Assembly: GCF_040938485.1 (NCBI RefSeq) | Contig: NW_027271005.1 | Span: 930,001-994,000, forward strand | DNA length: 64,000 nucleotides | Direction: 5' to 3' | Source: Diadema antillarum | Lineage: Eukaryota | Part shown: positions 12,101 to 24,104 of the stretch, piece by piece | Layout of the letters: each line of letters opens with the position of its first letter | How positions within the stretch are numbered: position 1 is the stretch's first letter | Notes under the pieces: generated by a model | The model's database searches: none | Told to the model about the DNA's origin: nothing | Seen by the model: only the letters and a program-made list of their open reading frames with translations | Made by a program: the position numbers and the translations under genes

Positions 12101-15100
12101 TGTTACAAGCATGTAGATAGAAGAAGCTTTACAAGGTTATATAGTGGATTTGTATAGATTGTATGGATCCATGTGGTAGGGTTATTAAACCTGACATGAT
12201 GTGAATGTACTCTCTACGAACTGCTTAGTTTTCTAACAGAATTGTCTCTTTAGTATAAGGGAGAGAGTGAATTACTGTAGGTTCTGCAACATGTGTTATT
12301 GATTATGAATAACCGTCAGTTGACGAGATGCAGTCAGTTAGTTTAGAAGCATAGATTGTCAAGTGTTGTGACCTTAAGTTGTGTATGTTGTGTCTCACTG
12401 TTTTTAGCTAACATATGGTGCTGTCCAAGGAAGTATGGCTGCAAAACCACCCTATGGCACCAAACCATCCCATGGCACAGAGTGCAGAAATTAGAATTCC
12501 TCAGAGAGATTGGGATTTGGCTAGTTTGGTTTAATCTCTGGGTCATGAAGTATTTTCAGCTGAAGATAATCAACATTTCATTACATATTGCAATTTAGTT
12601 ACACTATATGCACTCATCGCAAAGATATATTCCATACAGTTTTAGTGTTTTTTTTTTCAGTTTCAGTATCAGTAAGTTTTATTACTCCACTTGTATTAAA
12701 AGAAAAAATAAGTGAGACAATATCAAACATAGCCACAAGTCATGAAAATATAAACAAGAGTTCTCATTACAAATATAATCATGTGGAAAATATATATTTC
12801 ATGACAAATCTTTAAGTATACAGTTGGAGGAGACTTATCAATAAGCAAATTGTGTGACTTGGACAATGGCCTCTAAACATCTTTCATGTTCAGACTGCAG
12901 TTAGTGTAAAAAGATACATGGGAGAGACAGTCTTATATGCAGTTATACCCCCAAGTTAGAAAAGAAAAACACTTTAGAAATCCTAATTATTTTTTGTTTG
13001 TTTGTTTGTTAAATGGCACAAATTTTGGTTTGAAACAAGCCAAGATGTTACTTGTGGCCATAGGGAAGTTACTTTGTCCCAACAAACTTTTGTAATGGCA
13101 GCAATTCTGATCCTCCAGAAAGTAATGCTCCCACTATGTTGGAACACATTATCAGCTACTTACCGGTAATGTATTCCACCCGTGTGTTGAGATGTGGTTC
13201 AATTTTCATTCATTTACGCCCCCCCCCCCAAAAAAAAAAAAAATAAATAAATAAATAAATAAATAAAAAAAAAAAAAAAAAAAAATAAATGAAAATAAAT
13301 AAAAATCACAGTGCATGTATATCAAGACGCTGTGAGATTATGATCTACTGATGACAATTGAGTGATTATAGTGCACTCCTCGTGAGCATTCCTCAGATAG
13401 AACTAAAGACAACTCTGATAGCTCTCTGCTCAGGCCATCCGGGATCATTAAAGGGAAGGTAAACCCAAAAAGCAATGTGGATTGAGTGAAAGCAGCAACA
13501 TTAGTAGAACACATCAGTGAAAGTTTGAGGAAAATCGGACAATCGATGCAAAAGTTATGAATTGTTAAAGTTTTGGTGTTGGAACCGCTGGATGAGGAGA
13601 CTACTAGAGGATATGACGTATGAGTGGACAACAATACAAAGAAAAGATAAAGGAAATTCAACAAACATTCACTTTTCTAGAATTATGAAAGAGCAATGGA
13701 CCAACCTCTTTCAGAAAGCAGGGGGAATAATTGCTACCCTTAACATATGTCAATATCAAGCTGATGGAATTTGTAATTTTCATGAAAAATTGATTTTTGT
13801 AGAATTTTCTTTACATTTTCTTGGTATTGTTGTCCACTCATACGTCATAACCTCTAGTAGTCTCCTCGTCCAGCGGTTCCAACACCAAAACTTTAAAAAT
13901 TCATAACTTTTGCATCGATTGTCCGATTTTCTTCAAACTTTCACTGATGTGTTCTACTAATGTTGCTGTTTTCACTCAATCCACATTGCTCTTGGGGTTT
14001 ATCTTCCCTTTAACACCGTAGAACTGTGCATCTTGATCATGATCTGGATGGATCACTACCTCTGAATAATAATCTGAATATTCTTTCATGACAAATGAAG
14101 TAGGTATATCCTGAAAATGTAATCATAATCAGTTCATATCTCTCTGAGATCTGATTCAGTGTATTTCACTATTTTCAGAGTGGATTTTATATGTGGCTGA
14201 CAAAAAAACAAAACAAAACAAAACAAACCGGCAAAGTATAGAACATTCCTGGCTAGAAATTGATAACATTGACAACAACAGTTGAAATATGGAAACAAAT
14301 TAAGTCATCCAGTCTTTCAGTTTATCATAAATTGTGATCTCGTCTTTGAATGCTAATAAGTGTTGAAATATGGGCATTTCTTAAAAACAATCATTTGATT
14401 ATGACATGACTGTACTAATTTATCTGATTTTTTTTTTTCAAAACTTCACTTTTTTTTTTGCAAAACAAACGCTCTCATCATATTGTTAACCCAGCTTATG
14501 ACATGTCAATAAGAATATGTATCTACACATTGATTATGCAGACAGAGAAAATTGTATATTAAATTTCAAGCAAGCTTATCATGCTTTGGTCATGTGGCTA
14601 TAGAGCATTCATACCAATCATTTAAAGGTTGTCACATACTACTGAAGCGGTACATCATTTTCTGCCGCATGTATCTGTTCTTCCCCACCATACAATGTAA
14701 GTTCTTGATGTTCCTGTAATAATAACTGGGACATTTGCTGTCTGTACTGTATTGCAGCAATGGTCTGGACTGGTGGTTCATATCTCATCCGAGTCCAATA
14801 CAGTGACATAAACATTGGCAAACTAATGCATGTTATGTGGCGGGGGAGGGCCGTACGTATCCAGCTGATAGCAGAACACATTGCATACCTTACATAGCAT
14901 GCAGGGTGTATAGGTCATGTGGGCAAGCGTGCCTCCAGTAATTATCTCCTGCGCAACTATCCTGTGAGACGGTCTTGTTGTAGGTTGGTGTGCTTTGGAT
15001 TCCATCTGATAGCTATCATTCATCTCATGGAAGTGGACAGTTCCCATTACAGAGACACTGTTTGCTCAGATAGTATTATAGATGACAATATACAACTTCT

Positions 15101-18100
15101 CTTTCTAATTGAGAAATATATCACTGTAAAACTGTCAAAATCTTTAGCCAGTATGACACACTATTCAAACAAGAGAGATCTGCAGTGCACAAACTTTTTA
15201 TGTACAATAAAAACACTCGTTTTATAAAGAATTCCAACAGTGGTCTTCTCATTCAACTCTGAGAATTATGCTTGTTTTGAGAAAAATGCACATGTTTTTT
15301 TTTTTTTTTTTTTTTTCTAAATGAAAATCTCCCCACATAAATAGGCATGTGGAATCGTAGCAACCTGCAAAGAGGCTGGTCTCTGCAAAACATGTCTTGC
15401 ATTAGGGTTTAAAGAGGGAACAGGAACTTATGTCTGGTCTTGACAAAGTACACATCCTCCCAAATATTTGTTTTAGGAACAGGTCTCCTACCCTCCATGA
15501 AACCTGTTAATCTACGTACAATCCCTGAACTTCATCAAATATCAACCACCCATCCCTTCAGAGACCTCTAAATATTAGTTGACCTTTGTTCTTCAGACTC
15601 AGAGGCCTTGTTTGATATCAAGTACTTTGGTATCTCTGGTTCACTCACATGGTTCTGGCTATTCAACTCATGAAATGGTCAAACTTAAAAGAACAGGCAT
15701 TTGCATACTTTCATTTGCATATTGCTACAGTGCATGAGAATAGGTAGTGTGAATTGAGCCTGGTTAGACAAATTATTACAGGCCTTGTGTACATATAGGG
15801 AAAAAAAGAATCAAAGTCACAGTAATATTGAGCACTAAATACTGTATGGGCAAGTGAACAAGCATTGTTTTAGATAGTACCACATGAATTCATAATCTGA
15901 TTCTATGGCACAGAAATACTGTCTCCACACTCTGCAACTTATAGGCCTACAATTTTGCTAGGAAATACATTGTAATCCTTTCATCATGAGGAATAATACA
16001 AAATTTGCTTGATCTGGATTGTACGCACTGCGAGAGTGACATGAAAGCAAAATTTGGGATGTAATCCATTTTTTTATGATGAGAAGTACAAGTGTACAGG
16101 TACATCACAGTCATAATACTAGAAAAGCACTCACAGAGCGCAGACCTTCACCAAGAAACTTATATTTCCATATAACATGCATGCTGAAAAATCACCCATA
16201 TTTCCCCATGATAATTGTCTCAGAGTCAAAGAGCTTGTGAGAAAAATCTCTTTGCTCACAGTCGACTCCTCAGATATTCTCATGCTTAACCTGAACTAAC
16301 TGCACACTGTGCCTCTAGGGTGCGCTCAGTGCATGTATGCACACCTCAAATGCGCGCAGTTTGAACTTTATCTTTTGTTGGCCCCATTTGCCAATGAAAA
16401 CCTTAAAAAAATAAATGTTTTAAAAGTTTGGATCCAGAAAGTGGTCTGGATCACTACCAAATATTAATCATCTGTTCCTTGTGTCATTGTCAACTTTTCC
16501 TGGAAGTTTCATCCGAATCTGTTCGCAACTGTTTGAATTATTTTGCAAACAGACAGACAGATAGAAAAAAACCCACAAACAAACAAACAAACCAATACTG
16601 GCAAAAACATACCTGTAATCACCTTGGTTTAGTTAATGACAAATACCGTTGTACACTGGTGTTGCTTGTGTAGCCTCGAAGAATGTATTCTGATGCTTCA
16701 TCATGTTGATATACAGGTACTTTCAAGCATATATATACATTTTACATAATAGTGTTTTTTAATATAATATATGCAAATATATGTTTCTGCTTGTAATGAA
16801 ACTATCAAAGCACTGTAATCCCTGTGTTAAAGATGGCTACTTGTAATGCTTGGGTTACCAAGTACCATATGGTAGGAGCCTGTAGAGTGTGATGCTCTGC
16901 ATGAGAGCTCAGCCTTTGTTCTCACTACACCAGAAAAGAGCATTAGTGTCGGAAATCAAGCATAATGGCTACTTTTGTGTCTTCAGACCCGGGATCAGTC
17001 GTTTCGCACTGGTTTTCTGTGTCAGTGGAAGTGAGTGTGTGCTATGCTTGACAGATATAGAGTATTTTATCAGCCAGTATTGTGCTTGTGCATGAAGCAG
17101 TCATGTAGTGATGGATCAGGCAAGGGATAAAAGCTAGAAAATAGGATCAAAGTAGGTTACAGAAATACAGATGATATATTGATGTATATTGACACAGAGT
17201 GGCCCCTATGTAACCTCAGAAAGTTTAGGGACGATTGACATCAAGAGTTAGGACAAAGCAGAGTTCAGGGGTTTCCCTAGCTACTATTCAAATTATGTAA
17301 TATGTTCAGTGATTTCCTAATATGGAGGGAAAGCTTGATTGTCATTTGGAATCTTTTTGAATTGAACTGCTGTAGTTGCTGCTACATTTGTATCTTTAAA
17401 AAGTTATGGCCTGCATTGTATTAGTCACTCAAGTAGGGAAAGAATTAAGTTTACCATTGTTACATGCTGCATGAATACTTGGGCACTAGAGAATTTAATG
17501 AGATAACATCCCAATAAAGGGAAATTAGTGAGGATTCAAAAGCTTAAAAACTATTAAGATACATGAAAGAATTACTTCCACAAAATTATGACAGAGTTTG
17601 ATACTTGCTGATGTTTTAGAACTCTACTAAAATTTTTTAGTGTGATGACAAAACTTATAAACTACATTTTGATGCTTATTAAGATAGCTGCACAATTTAG
17701 TTATTAAATAAAAATTGAAATACATTTCATTGCTCAATTGTCATTGCATATCTTACAAATTGTACCAAGGCAAACTTTTACCCTTCTTTAAAGGATGCAG
17801 ACAGTACATGTATTTGGGCGATATGTATGCAACAGTCCTTCAGAGTGAAGGTTTGTTTGGTGTGTGTGTGTGGGGGGGGGGGGGGAGTATTTGTTAACTG
17901 CTAACCACCTTTGTCCAGGTAGTACTTAACTGGGGATGTAACTTTTGTCCTCTTCTTTGATGGGAAACCCGTTTCCCATGAGTAGACCCATGAATGACCC
18001 CCAGAGAAAAGCTGCCTTCCCCCTGTCTCCGTGCATAACCATCTGAGGTGCAAGTGTGGTTTGTGGGGACTAAAGGCCCCTTTACCTGCTTACATCTGAT

Positions 18101-21100
18101 CTCCTGTCTGCCTAGAAAATGCTGTTATGCATGATGTCCCCAACAAAAGCCACAACAAGGGTGCATGCTATTGTCCCATGGCTGACTCATTACTCTGATT
18201 GAAAGGTGGGCACTTTGTATAGCATCCTTCCTGCAGATGGATCAAGGAAAGAAGCTTTAAAAGTTTTATGTAAAGTGTGCGGTTCTGTGTATTACTGGGC
18301 AGTAGATGTAACCAGGCAGTCATCAGATCTTCCCAGTTGCACAAGAGAACTAGGGAAATGATCTTCACTGTCCACTGTATGCAGTATATTTGTGAATCAC
18401 GTATAATATGACTTCTGCAGGCATTGAAGTTGCATTTTGCAAGCAGCACAGCTAAACCAGTACATATATTTGCATACATTTGTCATGTAGTCACATTCAA
18501 GGGGGTCATTTTTATGATTTAGTACTTTGACATGATTACATGTGGTGTATGCGACCAAGAGAAAATTGGGCTACCTTTTATACCACATATTTTGTACATT
18601 AATTTTGCCCACATTTTCCCTTGTGGATATTGTTTTCCTTGAATCACTATTAAAGACAAGGTTTTCCTTTTCCTGTTTTCCAAAATGATTTTAACATACT
18701 TATTTTGAAGGCAAAGTAAATAGCAAGAAAATGTAATTGTACGGTGGATATTGATTTATGGGAAGATAATGCAACACCACGCACACACAAACAAACAAAC
18801 AAACAAAAAAACAAACAAATGACTTTCAAACGCTTTTCCATGTCTGCCTCAAACATTAGGCGTGTGTTCATCAGCCTGAAGTTCAAACTAGCGGGACATT
18901 TTGCGGTCTTAGAAAATAGCCCGATACAGCGAATGTGCGTCTTCATCAGTTCGAACAGCCTACTTCGGGAAATTAGTCCAAAAATTGACGCATGCGCACT
19001 TTGCAATATTACTCTGCCTAGCTCGCGGTTCGAGAATGGATTTCCCCGCTCAAAATCTCCTATATCACTGTATGTACGATTCTACAACCAGGGAGGTGAG
19101 CAGTACTCTCCAAAGGGATATTGATAACGCTACTCTTTCTTCTCTCCAGTGAGGCATCTTATATGAAATTAACGAATTGCAATGTTTAAACAAATCCAAA
19201 ATACACACAATCTACAAGAATCTTCAGCTAAGGTAGAGTGGACCAGAAGAAGAAGTTTACAAAAAAAAACCAAACCAACCAACCAACCAAACAAACAAAC
19301 AAACAGATAGCATGCACGGCACTGAGTTTTAATAGGGAAGTGAGAGAAATCACCTCCCTGGTTTTAAAGATGTCAACAACAGTAGGTTACAGTACACACA
19401 TGTGATCCTTGAATACACCGTGCGTGTAATGTACTATACACAATCACTAGCTTGTACATGCGCTTTCCATTGCCAGCTGGCTAACCAGAAGCGTGGAGGG
19501 ATCGAGAAAATTTCGGGCTGATAGAGACGCACCCAAATTAGCGCGCTATTTCACGAATTAGCGCTCTAGTTGACGAACTAGACCAAGATTTTGGGGGAAA
19601 TTTTCCCGATCAAATAGCGCGCTATTTGCGTCTTCACTACACAGATAGCACGCTATTTTGATATCGGACTAGTTTGGTAACCGCAAGATAGCGCGCTATT
19701 TTGAAACTTCGGGCTGATGAAGACACGCCTATTGTGAAGTTTTCATCACTTATCATCAATATGAAAAAATGTGTAGTAAGACCCTTGAAAAGAACTCCTA
19801 TGGGCTGTCTGTGAGAAAAGATGCCGTGTACAATACCAACAGTACAACTTTGTGGATATACACATACATTGGGATTGAAACAGTATTAGCGTTGTTTGCG
19901 TGGTCAGGAAGTTTGGAAATGTTAATTGGGGCCCAATAAGTGACCCCATGCTGAAGGGACCTGAGGTGCAAGTAATGAGGGTAATTGAGAGGCGAATATT
20001 GCCCAGTGGCTCTCCCTGCCCATCACCCCACCCTAGCTTCAGAGTGGAAGAAGTTTCCCTGTGGGATATTGTTGAATTAGTGCGCTGAGATGAAATGCAG
20101 TGAATCAGCTAGAGTGTAACACATGCAGGTTTATATACATTACTTCATGCTTCACTTGTGAGGAGTCACAAACTTGTATGGGAAATCAGTGTATACATGA
20201 CAAACAACTCGAGGCATGGTAATGATTTGGTAGGTCTTGCGTATATGTTGTTATTTTGTTTGTCAATGTCTACATTTAAGGTGGCACTAGTCTTTGTAGG
20301 ATGTAGTTATTAGCATAAATCCTATAGCTTTAGTGTGTATTGAACAAGGGCTGCGTTTATCAACTCACTTTTGGCGTACAGTAGAATAAAAAATTTCAAA
20401 CAGATTTGGGAAAATGATGCACAAAGCTGTTTTGGTTGTTTGGTTGGAAACAACTTTCTGAAACGACAAAAAAGTACAATAGCAAATGCATTTGCGCCAG
20501 GAACATGTTTCTGTAGAAACAATAAATGCAAAGTCGTTCTGAAACGCATTCATAACTCAGACCTGCCCATGCCAGGCTCTGTCAACCACACATACATTAC
20601 TCCTTGGGTCAATTTGCACAATGGAGCTGCACAGTGACAAGGCCTCCCTCACAACTCATGATAGAGATGATAAATGTAACAACTCAAGAATGTGATCCGA
20701 ATGGCCTTTCCAAGTGTGTTTTGATAGCGGGTATTAAAACATGTTTCAAATGCAGGAAAGATAATAAATGCAGCTATAGATGATCTCATTCACCCATCAG
20801 AGTTGCCCTTAGCTCTCCAGAAATTCGTGCACCCCCTGAAAGGTGTTTTGAACATTCATTAGCTGGGATTTTCATTTTGAGTTTCCATTCATTATACAGG
20901 CAGAGACCCATCATCTTTTTAATGATTATCTGAAAATTACATAGCTGTATGATGACAATTTTCTTTTCTTTCTTTTTTTTTTGCCTGTGATTCTCTCATA
21001 AATGCCTAAGCATTTCCCATGTTAACTTGTTGGAACAGAGAACTACTGATATCTAACATGAAGTCATTTTCTTTTTGTGTATTAACCATATGAAAGTATT

Positions 21101-24060
21101 AAAGTAAGTGATGTTTTTGGCTTGTTTCATTTCAGCTGTAGGGAGCTACAGCCAAGTGATCCCAGCCAGTGCTTGTGAGGGGGACAGCTGTTATGCTGGT
21201 GACCTTCTGATTGGCCGCGAAGATAAACTGTATGCATCATCTACGTGTGGACTCGACGGTTACGAACCCTTCTACATCGTCAGCCACCTCGAGAACCGGA
21301 ACCGCGAGATCTTCTACTGCGACTCGCGGGTACCCTGGCAGGCGGGCGTCAACGAGCGCAACCACGAAATCGAGCATGTGGTCACCTCGATGGAGAACTC
21401 CAACAAGAAGGAGAGATGGTGGCAGTCGCAGAATGGCCTGGAGCAGGTTTACATCCAGTTTGACCTGGAAGCCATCTTCCACTTCACCCATCTCATCATG
21501 ACCTTCAAGTCGTTCAGGCCAAAGGCCATGGTCATCGAGCGGTCATCCGACTTTGGCCGCACGTGGAAGCCGTACAGGTACTTTGCCTATGACTGCGAGG
21601 GCAGCTTTCCGGACATCTCCCGAGACCCAATCCGCAACATCAGCCAGGTGATCTGTGAAGACCGCTACTCGGCTGTTGAACCCTCCACTGGGGGAGAGGT
21701 AGGCTATTCTGGAGACAGCCTCGTCTGGGAGGCAATTGATTTTCTTTTTGTGAAGAGACAGCAGCTTTATTGCACCAGTGATTGTACCTATACACAGGCT
21801 GTGTAGCATGACTGAATACCTATGTTACAAGAAATGTATTCAAGTTAGAAAGGAAGGGACAGATCAATAGAAAGAAGTTGCTTGAAAGAGTTACTTTTCA
21901 GCCTAGGGCAATCCAATTGGGAATAAGGGCACTTTCTACTGGTGGAATACATCAAGTGATACACGCGACCATGCTCCTCATGAACCCACAAAAAGTTTCT
22001 AACTAAGATTTTTAAGTTTTTGATGAATTCTGAAAGAAGATTCCTAGCTTTAGGATGATATGTAACTTAAACTTAAATTTTCCTAACTCACTGAAATAAA
22101 TGATCAATATCATGAATATAGAATGCTACTTCACAGAAATGGAGCTTGAAGTTGAGGGTCCATTCAAGTGCACCCAGTCAGCCTGTACTGTGTGTGGAAC
22201 TAACAGGGGATTTAAATCTCCATGACAACCATTGTGAAAGGATTATCAGGTTAATCTTCACCTTTGTACACTTATTACCAACATTCTTTTCATGACTATG
22301 CCAAAGTATTAAAGCGTCTAGTGACTTCTCTCTATAGTTTCTGTCGGTCTTCGTGCTCATTTTTACATGTCCCAGTGGTGGAATGTGGAGAACACAAACT
22401 TGTCAAAAATGGGTCTTCTGAAACTTTTAATTCTGTGCTTCGTAATAGTGATTTTAGAAAGCATGTGAAAGGCATACTTTATCATCTGATTTTATTCAAA
22501 ATTGAATGGCCTAGTGGAATATTACCTTGGGCATGCTCATCTCACTGTGGGTTCTTGTGATGCAGGACTCCATCTGTAAACAGTACAACAAAAATAGCAA
22601 GGAAGGACTTGACTTTCTTCTTTGTTTGGGATGGGGGTGGGGGTGGGGGATATACAGTGTGTGTTGCTGCCATGACTTCATATAACTTGTACACATATCT
22701 CTGTCCTCACAGCCCTCATAATCTTTCTGTAACTTGTTTATTTTATGTTGACTTTTCAACAGTCCTTGTCATGACTACCCCTTGGAGAGGTGCCTTGCAT
22801 ACAATGTATACACATTTCTTCAGGTCTTGTAATTCTCATACCAGTCATGTCTCCTCTGAGGCCACTTGACTGCCAGTATGAAAACAGTTTGTTCTTTTCC
22901 ACAGCAGTTTCTTGACTTGGCATCATTCTGTAAATCTCTGGTCACCACCCCCAGGTCATCCTCAGTGTGCTCCCACCAAACATCGACATTCAGAACCCCT
23001 ACAGCCCCGAGGTCCAGGACCTCATCAAGGTCACCAACCTGCGCATCAACTTCACCGAGCTCCACTTCCTTGGCGACCACCTGTTCGACGATGGGGAGGA
23101 GGTCTTCAACAAGTACTACTACGCCCTCTATGAGATGGTGGTTAGGGGCAGCTGCCATTGCTTTAACCATGCCTCTCGCTGCCTGCCTGCTGATGGGATG
23201 GAGACCAAGGAACAGATGGTAAGATTCTTTGATTGCAAGTAAGATTCTTGGTTGCACTCCTCAGTTGAACTCATTTCCTGTCCTCTTGCATGGAATAGAT
23301 CTTAACCGCCTCCAAGTATATGAATAAACCAGTTTACTATTTATAAATGTGTTCAGATTTATGGATATATCTTTTTCCATGAGGATGAAGTATTGAACTG
23401 TCAGTTAACCTGTATTGTCTTACTAAATGCATTTTGTTACATCTAGTCTAATTTTCTGTTAGTAGTTATTACGTATTTTGAGGGCATCTTCTTTTACAGC
23501 GCAGCTTCTAGTAGTCAGGAGCAGAGGTTTTTGTGATAAAGGTAGTCATAAAGTTTAAAAAAGTACCCAACAGATTCATATTCTTACTATGCAGATTGCC
23601 ATGCCATCTAGATAGTGCTATTTTACCTTTTCTCCTGCTGCTATGTCGCTGCTCTTTCTGTGTACATGGAAGAAGAATTTCTCGTTTTTGGAATGAAACT
23701 CTGCCAGATGTATTTCAGTCATTTCCCAAGACTGTGCTCTGAACTTAAATCTTTAAAATAAAAATTTGCAGTTGAAATTAGGTTAAAGCAAGTAGTTGCC
23801 CCCTGCAGTTTTTATGGGTTTTTTCTCTCCTAAAGAGCTCAGCATTGCAGGAACCAAATCAGTCCATTCTTGCTGGGTGTTGGTCAGGGGATAGCAAGCA
23901 GCGGGCCATAAGGCCTCTGCCCACAGGGAAATACCCACTGAGAAACACATGGGAGAAACAAAGTAGCAGATGGGGAGAAAAGAGGTCAAAATATCGGCCA
24001 TATGTTAACAGTTTCACATTAAATTATGTGAATTATATCAGTTTTGTGTGTGTGCATATA

Positions 24061-24104
<44 letters not shown>

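Noticed and set aside
15697-15721. Tandem octamer ATTTGCAT motifs
   Set aside because: Lie in what looks like a degenerate repeat; no independent support for function.
20348-20563. Possible Harbinger-like MITE (GGGCTGCGTTTAT / ATAACTCAGACC ends)
   Set aside because: TIR match is weak and there is no TSD; cannot be supported without other copies.
161-21100. Dozens of 60-126 aa ORFs in intron 1 as a possible nested gene
   Set aside because: No recognisable domains, low-complexity or AT-driven composition, many GTG/TTG starts, and no chain of compatible splice sites found on either strand.
21211-21809. Overlapping alternative-frame and antisense ORFs across exon 2 (similarly exons 3, 19, 21, 24, 28)
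   Set aside because: Expected by-product of GC3-rich codon usage suppressing stops in other frames.
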